Shown here: in pieces, positions 46,186 to 55,735 of the stretch
Layout: every line of letters starts with the position of its first letter
Position numbering within the stretch: position 1 is the stretch's first letter
From: Clostridia bacterium
GTDB lineage: Bacteria > Bacillota > Clostridia > Christensenellales > Borkfalkiaceae
Direction: 5' to 3'
NCBI GenBank assembly: GCA_029059705.1
Contig: JAIDVM010000041.1
Coordinates: 26,754-90,753, forward strand
DNA: 64,000 nt
Notes under the pieces: generated by a model
Told to the model about the DNA's origin: nothing
The model's input: the letters and a program-made list of their open reading frames with translations, nothing else
Databases searched by the model: none
Translations under genes and position numbers: made by a program

Positions 46186-46794
46186 TTAGGATTTGCTTAA
46201 CCGTTTTTTGCAATAGCTTGTTTTACCGCATTCAGGGCACTTAAGCCTTCTGGTCGTGAGCGTATGGGGAGCAAAGATATAAGCTTTCATAGTCGGCACA
46301 AACCTTTTTCCGCAATGCCTGCACTCATAAACGCCCGCGTCTCTGTCAAGGACGCATGCAATTCCGACGCCCGTACAGGCGACAAGGCACCCGACGACAA
46401 TCAAAACGATTTTCAGCCATGTTTCCATTGCAAAAAAACCGGCAAGAAGCACTAACGTAAGCCCCGCCAAAAGCGTGATTGCTATTGTAACTACCGCAAT
46501 AACAAGTTTCTTTTTTGCCTGTGCCTTTTCTTCCATCAACGACATAATGTTTTGTTCTGCTTTTTCAAAATATAGTTTTTCGTCAAGTCTTTCACCGGAC
46601 AGCAGTTCGTTTACGCTGATTGCAAGCAATTCGCAAAGCGGCAGCATAAGACTGACTTCGGGCAGTCCGTTTCCCGTTTCCCATTTCGAAACCGTCTTTT
46701 CGGATATACCCAAACTTTCCGCAACCTCCCGTTGGGTTAAATTTTTTTCTTTTCTGGTTGTTTTGATAAACTGTCCTATTTTGACCTGGTCCAT
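46186..46794 (-). CDS. XRE-family HTH fused to two TM helices and a C-terminal zinc ribbon
   Basis: HTH_3 (IKTTRKEKNLTQREVAESLGISEKTVSKWE), two TMs, then CRHCG...CPECG. ATG at 46794 has an AGGAGG RBS. Confidence 0.8.
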   Translation of the reverse strand: MDQVKIGQFIKTTRKEKNLTQREVAESLGISEKTVSKWETGNGLPEVSLMLPLCELLAISVNELLSGERLDEKLYFEKAEQNIMSLMEEKAQAKKKLVIAVVTIAITLLAGLTLVLLAGFFAMETWLKIVLIVVGCLVACTGVGIACVLDRDAGVYECRHCGKRFVPTMKAYIFAPHTLTTRRLKCPECGKTSYCKKRLSKS

Positions 46795-46943
46795 AAAGCA
46801 GCCCTCCTTACAAAACATTATATCAATATTATACCCAAAAAAAACACCCACGCTCCGTAGAGTTTAAGGTTAGTTCAGCTAAAAAATTATATAATAACGG
46901 CATGCAGAAAGCAAACTATTATATTAATTGAAACCGCAGCAGT

Positions 46944-47615
46944 TTATCTGAAATTCTTTATCGCTTTGGCGAGCACGGCGATTGACGTTATTACTATTAC
47001 AGCCCAAACGGCAAAGCCGCTTATTGCACAGAGTGTAAACATTGCGCCCGCTATCCCGTCGCCGAAAGTCATAATGAGAACGTATTGAAGGGAAAGCACG
47101 GACACGAGCGCGTCTACAAAATTAAAGCTTTGCAAAATTTCAAGGCTGAGGTGTTTCAGCTTTTTCGTTTTGACAAATCCGGCTATTGCCGACGAAATTT
47201 TATAAACCGTGTAAGCCGCCATAGAAATAGCGGGTATTTCGGTAAAATTTACGTATTTTTGTTGCCTCACCATGAGGGAAATCGGTCCGACGAGGGCTAA
47301 CGCGATTATTAAAAGCAATATGCCCGTGGCGAGGAATAGTTTTTTGCGTTTTACCGACTTTTGCTCTTCGGAAAGCCCCGCGCGCTTATATTTTATTTCG
47401 AAAATTCCAACAAAGGCTCTTCCGCACAGCAAAAGAGCGTAATAGACGGAAATGCCGAGGTTGAAAACCGCGTTATATGCTATTCCCAAAAACAGATTAT
47501 AAGCAGTAAATGCAAGCGTTATAACGAACGAACCCGCCGCAAACACAAACTTGCGAAACGCAAAATCGCATTTTAAGCGGACGAAAACGCCGTCCGTGCC
47601 CTTATCCGACTTCAT
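46944..47615 (-). CDS. Hypothetical six-TM membrane protein
   Basis: Clean ORF with ATG start and hydrophobic helices. No family recognised. Confidence 0.55.
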   Translation of the reverse strand: MKSDKGTDGVFVRLKCDFAFRKFVFAAGSFVITLAFTAYNLFLGIAYNAVFNLGISVYYALLLCGRAFVGIFEIKYKRAGLSEEQKSVKRKKLFLATGILLLIIALALVGPISLMVRQQKYVNFTEIPAISMAAYTVYKISSAIAGFVKTKKLKHLSLEILQSFNFVDALVSVLSLQYVLIMTFGDGIAGAMFTLCAISGFAVWAVIVITSIAVLAKAIKNFR

Positions 47616-47623
47616 TTTTGCCT

Positions 47624-48163
47624 TTAAATGGTTTCGGCGCAGAGCAAGCCGTTGCCCTTTTCAAGAATATTTGCAAGCTTTTCTTCGGTTTCGTCTATTA
47701 CGGGGAGAACCTGTTTAATCTTCCTTTCGGCAAGCTTTTTATAAATAAAATAGTTTACCGAACACAGCGCAATTCCGACTATGCCGAGTATTATGCCTCC
47801 GACAAATGCGGGTACATTATTTTCGGTGAGCATAGTCATACACATGCCGCCGCCCAAAACAAGGATTGCGATTACGCCGAAAACATATGCAAATATGCTT
47901 GCGCCCAAGGTTTTTGAAGCGTTTAACGTGTTAATCGTTTGAAAAGTTTCTTCCGCCTGCCTTTCAAGCTTGTTAAGCTCGTGCTTGTGGTTGATTTTTC
48001 TGTCGCGCTTGAATGAAAGCGTTACCGTGCCGCTGACGATTGCGGGCGTTGACGAAGTTAATTCCCAGCCGAACGCTTCGTACATGTCCACCACCCTCGT
48101 TTGGTCTTTTGCCTTAACCGATTTGGTCATATACTCGTATGACGCAAAGTTTTTTTCCTGCAT
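47624..48163 (-). CDS. Hypothetical protein with a soluble N-domain and two TM helices
   Basis: Clean ORF 8 nt upstream of the next gene. No family recognised. Confidence 0.55.
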   Translation of the reverse strand: MQEKNFASYEYMTKSVKAKDQTRVVDMYEAFGWELTSSTPAIVSGTVTLSFKRDRKINHKHELNKLERQAEETFQTINTLNASKTLGASIFAYVFGVIAILVLGGGMCMTMLTENNVPAFVGGIILGIVGIALCSVNYFIYKKLAERKIKQVLPVIDETEEKLANILEKGNGLLCAETI

Positions 48164-48297
48164 ATTTTAAAACCTCTTTAAAAAATTTTTATCCCTTCGG
48201 AAGCTTGCCGACGTGCACTTCGGTTGACTTTTCCGTGAGACAAGTGTATCATAAGACAAAGAAACGCAAAAAATCAAGCCCCGAAAAGGGCAATGAG

Positions 48298-48316
48298 ACA
48301 CATTTGGCGAATGTGT
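48298..48316. promoter_or_regulatory. Candidate TetR operator palindrome ACACATT-N5-AATGTGT
   Basis: Perfect 7-bp inverted repeat. It lies between a TTGACT-17-TATCAT promoter and the TetR start. Confidence 0.5.
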
Positions 48317-48350
48317 TGCACGGTTTTAAACAAAAAGGGGAAATTGTATC

Positions 48351-48869
48351 GTGGCTTTTTCGCAGGAGGAATATTCGAAATATTACATCGTTCAGGCGCT
48401 TTTCAAGCTGATGGGCGAATATGATTACGAAAAGATTTCCGTCACGGACGTAACCGCCAAAGCCGGCGTGGGACGGGCAACGTTTTACCGTTACTTTAAG
48501 CGTAAAGAGGACGTAATAATTTATTACTTCGAGCATTATAAAAAGGAATTTTTGTATAGCAAAAGATTTTATCCGAGGTGCAAGGCGGACTATGTTGAAA
48601 CGGTTATACAGGTTTTAACTACCTTTAAGGACCATATGCAGCCGTTTAAATTGATTAGAAAAGCGCGGCTGGAATATATTTATCTCGATTACTTAAATAA
48701 GCGTTTCAGCGAAACGTTTAAAAAAGATTACCCCGAAAAAAGCAAATATTTACCCTTTTTATATGCGGGAATGCTGTTTAACGTTTCGATAAGCTGGCTC
48801 GACAACGATTGCGACGCACCCGTAAGCGAGCTTGCCGAAACGATTGTAAACTCGATTTATTTTGAATGA
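48351..48869 (+). CDS. TetR/AcrR family transcriptional regulator
   Basis: TetR_N HTH (ISVTDVTAKAGVGRATFYRYFKRKEDV). GTG start. Confidence 0.85.
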   Translation: MAFSQEEYSKYYIVQALFKLMGEYDYEKISVTDVTAKAGVGRATFYRYFKRKEDVIIYYFEHYKKEFLYSKRFYPRCKADYVETVIQVLTTFKDHMQPFKLIRKARLEYIYLDYLNKRFSETFKKDYPEKSKYLPFLYAGMLFNVSISWLDNDCDAPVSELAETIVNSIYFE

Positions 48870-48884
48870 TTTAAAAGAAAAACA

Positions 48885-48911
48885 CCGTCGGATTACTCCG
48901 ACGGGTTTTTT
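48885..48911. terminator. Bidirectional terminator
   Basis: CCGTCGG / CCGACGG stem flanked by A- and T-runs. Confidence 0.7.
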
Positions 48912-48924
48912 ATTGCGTTTTAAA

Positions 48925-49600
<676 letters not shown>

Positions 49601-49608
<8 letters not shown>

Positions 49609-50680
49609 TTATTTTATTCCTCTTTCCGAGTCTTTCCCGAAAATATTTTTTGTTGCTTAAATAGTTTTTGTTTAGCGGTTTTATTTTACCCGCTTCTTCG
49701 TTGAAAGCGTTTGCCTTTTCGTAATCGCCCAGCCTGTCGTATAAAATGCAGAGCTGCATAAGCGGTATAAAGCCGCAGAAATCGCGGTTGACAAACCCGC
49801 CCAAAGAGGGCGGATATTTTGCGCTTAACGCCGATTGGTACCAGAATATGGCGGAATTAACGTCGTTTGCCGCCATAAATCTTTCGCCTAAAATGCAGCA
49901 GGCTTCGCTCCTTGGCGGAGCGTATAAAAAGGACTTTAAAAGCGCGGCAAAGGCGTTTTCGTCCTCTTCTATCGCGGTATAAGCGTAATACAAATTAAGG
50001 CAGGCCTCTATTTTGTTTTCAACCCAGCCGTTTCCCTTTAAAAAATGCTCTAAAACGGCTATGCTTTCACGGTACATGCCGTTGAACAAAAGCTCGCGCC
50101 CGTAATAGAATTTTGAGCGTTCGTCAAGGGATATGCCGCGGGCAATCTGTTTTTGATATATTTTTAAATTCCTTAAAGGCTCGCCCTCTTTAATCTTTTT
50201 GTGAAAGATAACCGCGTCGGAATAAATTATTTTTCCCGACGGCGAAACGGCTTCGTGGACTGCCCCTTCAAACCTGAAATTTCTGCTGCGCTTTAATATT
50301 CTTTCGCGGTAATATTCAAACGTCGGATTGTCGCCGTCGGCTGCCGCGGCGTATAACAAATAGGCGGCGTCGAAGTCGGCTTCCTTTAAAAGCGCTTTTA
50401 TTTTGGCGCAGTTTTCGTCGGTTATCACGTCGTCGGCGTCAAGCCACATAACGTAATCGCACCCCGCCTTTTCAAACGCAAAATTGCGCGCGGCGGAAAA
50501 GTCGTCGCACCACTCGAAAAAGTAGATTTCGCTTGTAAATTTTTTTGCCTCCTCCGCCGTTCCGTCGGTTGAGCCCGTGTCGACGACGATTATTTCGTCG
50601 GCAAATTTTAAGGCGCAGTTAAGGCATCTCCCCAAAACTTCGCGTTCGTTTTTTACGATTAAGCACACGCTGAGCGTCAT
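49601..50680 (-). CDS. Family 2 glycosyltransferase with a C-terminal TPR-like domain
   Basis: [10 protein letters not shown]...[10 protein letters not shown]...WLDADD GT-A motifs, plus a helical repeat C-terminus. ATG at 50680 has a GGGAG RBS. Confidence 0.85.
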
Positions 50681-50823
50681 AAATCTCCCTTTACGCAACA
50701 CTACATTATATGCAATTTAACGCCCGAACGGCAACAATGTTTTAAAGCGCCCGAAATAGAGCCAAGCGTTTTTATAAAATATATTCGTTTGCTTTTTCCA
50801 CACAAAAATGCTATTATAAATTT

Positions 50824-51381
50824 ATGAAAAAATATTTTTGGACGAAAAACGGCTATACAATCCGACTTGCGCAAGAAGCCGACGCGGAAAATTATTTTTT
50901 GCAGAATTATAATACGTTGGATAAAGAAACCGCACGATTGACAGGCTGTAAGGAAAACTTTTCAAAAGACGAAGTAATTTCTTTTTTCTTAAAAAGTATT
51001 CAGGATACAGACCGCTACTATTTTTTGATTATCTCGTCCGATAACAGAATTATAGGTGAAAGCGTAATTAATGAAATCGACAACAAAACGAAAAGCGCGA
51101 ATTTCAGAATAGCAATTTTTCAAACGGACGAACAAGGAAAAGGCATAGGAACGTGGGCCGTAGAAACCACGCGGGATTTTGCTTTTGAAATTTTAAAACT
51201 GCACCGCTTGTCGTTAGACGTTTTTTCCTTTAATACGCGCGCCGAAAAATGCTACTTAAAAGCTGGCTTTAAACGAGAAGGCGTTTTGCGCGACGCGGTT
51301 TTAAACGGTGATGAATACGCCGACGATATTTTAATGTCGATATTAGAAAGCGAATGGCGCGAATTAAAAACAAAAAAATAA
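50824..51381 (+). CDS. GNAT N-acetyltransferase (RimJ/RimL-like)
   Basis: QGKGIGTWAVETTRDFAF acetyl-CoA motif. Confidence 0.8.
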   Translation: MKKYFWTKNGYTIRLAQEADAENYFLQNYNTLDKETARLTGCKENFSKDEVISFFLKSIQDTDRYYFLIISSDNRIIGESVINEIDNKTKSANFRIAIFQTDEQGKGIGTWAVETTRDFAFEILKLHRLSLDVFSFNTRAEKCYLKAGFKREGVLRDAVLNGDEYADDILMSILESEWRELKTKK

Positions 51382-51383
51382 AA

Positions 51384-51415
51384 ACAGCGGCGGAACAAAT
51401 CCGTCGCTGTTTTTA
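51384..51415 (+). terminator. Terminator after the GNAT gene
   Basis: ACAGCGGCGGA / TCCGTCGCTGT imperfect stem plus T5. Confidence 0.6.
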
Positions 51416-51498
51416 TGGTGCGGATGACAGGAGTTGAACCTGCACGGTTGCCCACAGGAACCTGAAACCTGCGCGTCTGCCAATTTCGCCACATCCGC
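51416..51498 (-). tRNA. tRNA-Leu (anticodon CAG), long variable arm, CCA encoded
   Basis: Reverse complement folds as acceptor GCGGATG/CATCCGC, anticodon loop TTCAGGT, an 11-nt variable arm and T loop TTCAACT. Confidence 0.85.
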
Positions 51499-51510
51499 AA
51501 AACATTAGGT

Positions 51511-51539
51511 ATTATAATTAAAAATAATCATGTTGTCAA
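51511..51539 (-). promoter_or_regulatory. Promoter of tRNA-Leu
   Basis: Minus strand reads perfect TTGACA, 17 nt, TATAAT. Confidence 0.65.
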
Positions 51540-51682
51540 GAGATTTCTCATAGAGCATATTTACGTTTTAGAGATTTCTCTTAACGCGCTTGCCGACTAT
51601 CGGCAAAAGCTTAACAAAAAGCAACGTTTTTTAACCCGACTTTTTAACTTAAATTTGCTTTTTAAAATGATAAGATTAATCT

Positions 51683-53794
51683 GTGAAAAAGTTTGCTAAC
51701 GTAAGATTACCCGTAATAATCGCGTGTTTTTTAATATGCGGAATTGCGGCGGGGTATTTACTACACTACTATTCGGTTGATTTAATCTGGCTGACTGCCT
51801 CCGCTCCGATTACGGCGGCCGCGGTTACGGCTTTTTCACTTATTTTAAAAAAGAGAAAGCTGCGGGCGGTTATTTTTACAATTTTAGCCGCGCTCTTTTT
51901 CGTTTTCGGGGCGTTGGGCTGTTATTTCAGGCTTGTCGCTTTTGCAAAAACCGAAATTATCGAAGGCAATCTTTACCGCATTACGGGCACTGTTGCCGAA
52001 ACGGGGCTTTATTCGGGCGGGGAATACGTGATTATAGACGGCGCGGAAGCGAACGGCACGGCTTTAAGCGGAAAAGTAATTGCGTATTTGCCGACAAACT
52101 ACGGCGATTTATGCGACGTTGGATATAAAATTCAGCTTTACGGCGAAATCGGGGTGCAAGACGTTTACGCCTACGGCAAGCTGAATTATTTAGCCGAGGA
52201 AAACGTAAAATACCGCACTTTTTGCTACGGCGGGGTTGTAAGCGAATATCGCTTTTCCCTTTTCGGGGAAATCCGTTCGCGCATAAAGAGCGTGCTTTTT
52301 GACAATCTTTCGCCCGACACCGCGGCGATTTGCTATGCAATGCTTACGGGCAATTCGCAGTCCGTTGAAGAAAACGCCATGCAAGCCTTCCGTTACGGGG
52401 GAATTGCGCACGTTTTCGCCGTTTCGGGCTTGCACATAGGGATTATTTTCGGCATAATCGGCTTTTTGCGCAAAAAACTGAAATTCAATAAATACGTTTC
52501 GGCGGCAATATGTATTTTTGCCGTATTTTTCTATTCGGCTGTTTGCGGGTTTACGCTCTCTTCCGTGAGGGCGGCTATTATGTGCGCCGTGGCGATTATT
52601 AGTAAGCTTTTATACCAAAAATACGACGCCTTGAATTCGCTTGCATTTGCGGCTGCGGCAATTTTGCTTATTACTCCTTTAAGCTTGTTTTCGGTCGGGT
52701 TTCAGCTTTCGTTTTGCGCCGTCGGCGGGATTGCGGTTATTTCAAAAACCTTTGAAAGACTGTTAAAAAAGATAAAAATTCCGCGCAAAATCGCTTCGGG
52801 CGCGTCCGTCTCTTTCGGCGCGCAGGCGGGAACGCTCCCCGTTATGCTTTCAACCTTCGGCTATATAAGCGGCGCGGGGCTTTTGCTGAATATCGTTATA
52901 ATTCCCGTTCTGTCCGCGCTGTTTGTCGCGTTGTTCGCGTCCGCGGTCATATGCGCAATTATTGCGCCGCTGGCGCCGTTCGTTATCCCTTACGTTGCGC
53001 TGCCGCTGGAGCTTTTAATTTCGTTTTTGGTGAACGCGGGCTTTGAAAAAGCGTTAATAAGCGGCTTCGGCGCGGGGCTTTTCGTGCCGCTGTATTTTGT
53101 TTTGCTGCTCTTTGCGGGCGATAAATTGAACCTGAAATTTCTAAAAAGATTAATCGCCGTGTTAGTTACCGCGGCGGTTTTAATAAGTTACGTTTTGGCA
53201 AAAACGTATTTGCCCGCGGGCGGGTTTAAAATAGTTGTTTCGGCGTATTACGGCGGCGGAGAAGTTTTAATTAAATCATCGCAGGGCAACGTTTTGGTTG
53301 TAACCGAGGGCGTAAACGGCGACAGACTTGCGGGCACGGTTAATAAATACTACGCGGGAAACGTGAGCGCGGTTATAATTTTGGGCGGCAAGGACTGCGT
53401 GAAAACTTATGAACATCTTAATTTGAACTGCAACACTGTTTATATCTATAAAAATTACATAAATTTACAGCCTTACGGCGGCGTTGAAATTAATTACGAG
53501 CGCGAATTTACGGTTGGCGGTGTAAACTTTGCATATGCGGACGGTTTCAGTATTCTTGCGGATTTAAACGGCGCTAAGCTTGCCGTTTGCGCGGGTGAGG
53601 AAATTCCTTTTAAAAGCTGCGATTTGCTCGTTTCGGAAAACGCGAACACAACCTGTGCAAGCCTTTACACCGCTTATTTTAATCTTTCCGACTATTATTA
53701 CAACGTTTACGACTTCGGCGATTTAACTTATTATGCGGACGGCGGACAAATAAAACAGGCGGGTGTGTACCCGCCTAAAATTTGTTTGAATTGA
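51683..53794 (+). CDS. comEC: ComEC/Rec2 family DNA internalisation-related protein with a degenerate C-terminal beta-lactamase-like domain
   Basis: N-terminal OB-like (DUF4131) region. Competence domain motifs (FRYGGIAHVFAVSGLHIG, SFGAQAGTLP). GTG start. Confidence 0.8.
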   Translation: MKKFANVRLPVIIACFLICGIAAGYLLHYYSVDLIWLTASAPITAAAVTAFSLILKKRKLRAVIFTILAALFFVFGALGCYFRLVAFAKTEIIEGNLYRITGTVAETGLYSGGEYVIIDGAEANGTALSGKVIAYLPTNYGDLCDVGYKIQLYGEIGVQDVYAYGKLNYLAEENVKYRTFCYGGVVSEYRFSLFGEIRSRIKSVLFDNLSPDTAAICYAMLTGNSQSVEENAMQAFRYGGIAHVFAVSGLHIGIIFGIIGFLRKKLKFNKYVSAAICIFAVFFYSAVCGFTLSSVRAAIMCAVAIISKLLYQKYDALNSLAFAAAAILLITPLSLFSVGFQLSFCAVGGIAVISKTFERLLKKIKIPRKIASGASVSFGAQAGTLPVMLSTFGYISGAGLLLNIVIIPVLSALFVALFASAVICAIIAPLAPFVIPYVALPLELLISFLVNAGFEKALISGFGAGLFVPLYFVLLLFAGDKLNLKFLKRLIAVLVTAAVLISYVLAKTYLPAGGFKIVVSAYYGGGEVLIKSSQGNVLVVTEGVNGDRLAGTVNKYYAGNVSAVIILGGKDCVKTYEHLNLNCNTVYIYKNYINLQPYGGVEINYEREFTVGGVNFAYADGFSILADLNGAKLAVCAGEEIPFKSCDLLVSENANTTCASLYTAYFNLSDYYYNVYDFGDLTYYADGGQIKQAGVYPPKICLN

Positions 53795-53808
53795 GTTTTT
53801 ACTTTAAA

Positions 53809-54258
53809 TTATTTGCAGTATTTTTTCTCGATTTCGGTTATTTTGTCCACTCTTCTTTGGTGTCTGCCGCCTTCGAATTCGGTTGACAAAAACGCGTTTA
53901 CTATTTTAAGCGCGTAGCCGCCCCCCACAACCTTTTCGCCGAGGGCGAGCACGTTGGAATCGTTGTGCAGCCTTGTGAACTCGGCGCAATAGGTGTCGTG
54001 ACAATGCGCGCAGCGAACGCCGGGCACTTTGTTTGCGACTATTGAAACGCCTATGCCCGTGGAGCAAACCACTATGCCCCTTTCACATTCGCCGTTTGCA
54101 ACGGCTTCCGCCGCGGGAAGGGCGAAATCGGGATAGTCGCAGCTATCTGTTGTGTTAGTGCCGAAGTCGACAATGTCGTGCCCCTTGGATTTGAGTTCTT
54201 TAATAATTTCGTTTTTGAGGTTAAGACCGCCGTGGTCGCAAGCTATTGCAATTTTCAT
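53809..54258 (-). CDS. rpiB: Ribose-5-phosphate isomerase B
   Basis: MKIAIACDHGG...VVCSTGIG motifs. Confidence 0.93.
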   Translation of the reverse strand: MKIAIACDHGGLNLKNEIIKELKSKGHDIVDFGTNTTDSCDYPDFALPAAEAVANGECERGIVVCSTGIGVSIVANKVPGVRCAHCHDTYCAEFTRLHNDSNVLALGEKVVGGGYALKIVNAFLSTEFEGGRHQRRVDKITEIEKKYCK

Positions 54259-54737
54259 TTTATTTCTTTACCGTCCTTATATTGGGTTATGTAATTTTTT
54301 ATTATAATGTCGCAGGCGCGCGAAAGCGCGTCGCGCGTTACTCTGTAAGTGTCAAGCGTGCAACCGTATGGGTCGGGAACGTCGTAGCCGCAAACGTCCT
54401 TTATACAAAAAACGTTACCGCACGCTTCCAACATTCTCTTTTGCGTTTCTGTCATGCAAATTACTATGGTGCTCGCGTCAAGCAGTTTTTGCGTGAGCTG
54501 GCGCGGCTTGAAATTATCAACCTTTACGCCGATTTCTTCAAGCGCCGTTTTGCTGTTTTTGCTGATTTCACCGCCGACTTCGGCATGAATTCCGCTGGAA
54601 ATCACGTCCCACCAGCGGATTTTATTTTTTTTGATTTTGTTTTTTAAAAGCGCTTCCGCCATGGGGCTGCGGCAGGTGTTGCCCGTGCACACAAACATGA
54701 CCTTTTTACGCTTGCGCTTTACCTTTTCTTCGCTCAT
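54255..54737 (-). CDS. Low-molecular-weight protein phosphatase (YwlE-like arginine/tyrosine phosphatase)
   Basis: CX5R(S) P-loop VCTGNTCRS. Order matches the Bacillus ywlC-ywlE-ywlF region. Confidence 0.85.
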   Translation of the reverse strand: MSEEKVKRKRKKVMFVCTGNTCRSPMAEALLKNKIKKNKIRWWDVISSGIHAEVGGEISKNSKTALEEIGVKVDNFKPRQLTQKLLDASTIVICMTETQKRMLEACGNVFCIKDVCGYDVPDPYGCTLDTYRVTRDALSRACDIIIKNYITQYKDGKEIK

Positions 54738-55732
54738 AAATTACTTCCGCACGCTTTTTTCAGTCTGTTCATAACGCCCGCCATAACGCCGTTTTGCTTT
54801 TCGGGCGCGATTGCTATTATATAATCCGCCATACCTTCGCCCTCGCGGAGCTTAGAGTATAAATTTGCGGCAATTTCGTTTTCGGTTGAACCGAGATTTA
54901 AAACGTATTCGGCTTTAAGCTCGGTTGCCGTTTGGTTATCACAGAGAATAAACGCCTTAACGCCCCTTCCCCGCTCAGACTTATATTCGGCAAGAGCCGC
55001 AAATCTTTCTTCGTAAGCGTAAAGCGACGTGCGGCACGCGGGGGAATAGTGCTTATATTTCATTCCCGGCGAGCGCGCGGCGGCGCCTTCCTTATAAACG
55101 TATTCCGCGCAGCTGCCCGCAACCTTTTCAATCATTTCGCGGGTAATAAGCCCGCTCCTCAAAACCACGGGAGCTTCGCCCGTGCAATCCAAAACGGTGC
55201 TTTCAATTCCGCCCGAGCACTTGCCACCGTTTAAAATAAGCTCGATTTTGCCGTTTAAATCATAAAAAACGTGCTCGGCAGCTGTGGGGCTGACATGCTT
55301 TGAAACGTTTGCCGAAGGCGCGGCGATTGGCAGATTGAGATATTTTAAAAACCTTTGCGCGCCCTCGTGCGAGGGAATTCTTACGGCAAGCGTTTCAAGC
55401 CCACACGAAACAGCGGGGCTGACTTTACCCTTGCTTTTATAAACCATTGTCAAAGGGCCGGGAAGAAAGGCTTTTGCCAGCTTAACCGCGTAATCGGGCA
55501 CGAAGTCCACAAGCGCGGACAAGTCGTAATCCTTATGCACGTGCACTATTAAGGGGTTGTCGTTGGGTCTGCCCTTTATTTTAAAAATATTTTCAACCGC
55601 GGCGGTATTAAAAGCGTTTGCACCAAGTCCGTAAACCGTTTCGGTGGGAAAAGCCACCGCTCCGCCATCTTCGATTATTTCTTTCGAAAGCTTTAAAGAG
55701 CTTTCGTCAATTTCCGAAATTTTAGTGTTCAT
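54734..55732 (-). CDS. tsaC: L-threonylcarbamoyladenylate synthase (Sua5/YwlC type)
   Basis: YrdC domain (FPTETVYGLGANA, KGRPNDNPLIVH) plus a Sua5 C-terminal domain. Confidence 0.9.
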   Translation of the reverse strand: MNTKISEIDESSLKLSKEIIEDGGAVAFPTETVYGLGANAFNTAAVENIFKIKGRPNDNPLIVHVHKDYDLSALVDFVPDYAVKLAKAFLPGPLTMVYKSKGKVSPAVSCGLETLAVRIPSHEGAQRFLKYLNLPIAAPSANVSKHVSPTAAEHVFYDLNGKIELILNGGKCSGGIESTVLDCTGEAPVVLRSGLITREMIEKVAGSCAEYVYKEGAAARSPGMKYKHYSPACRTSLYAYEERFAALAEYKSERGRGVKAFILCDNQTATELKAEYVLNLGSTENEIAANLYSKLREGEGMADYIIAIAPEKQNGVMAGVMNRLKKACGSNL

Positions 55733-55735
55733 TGT

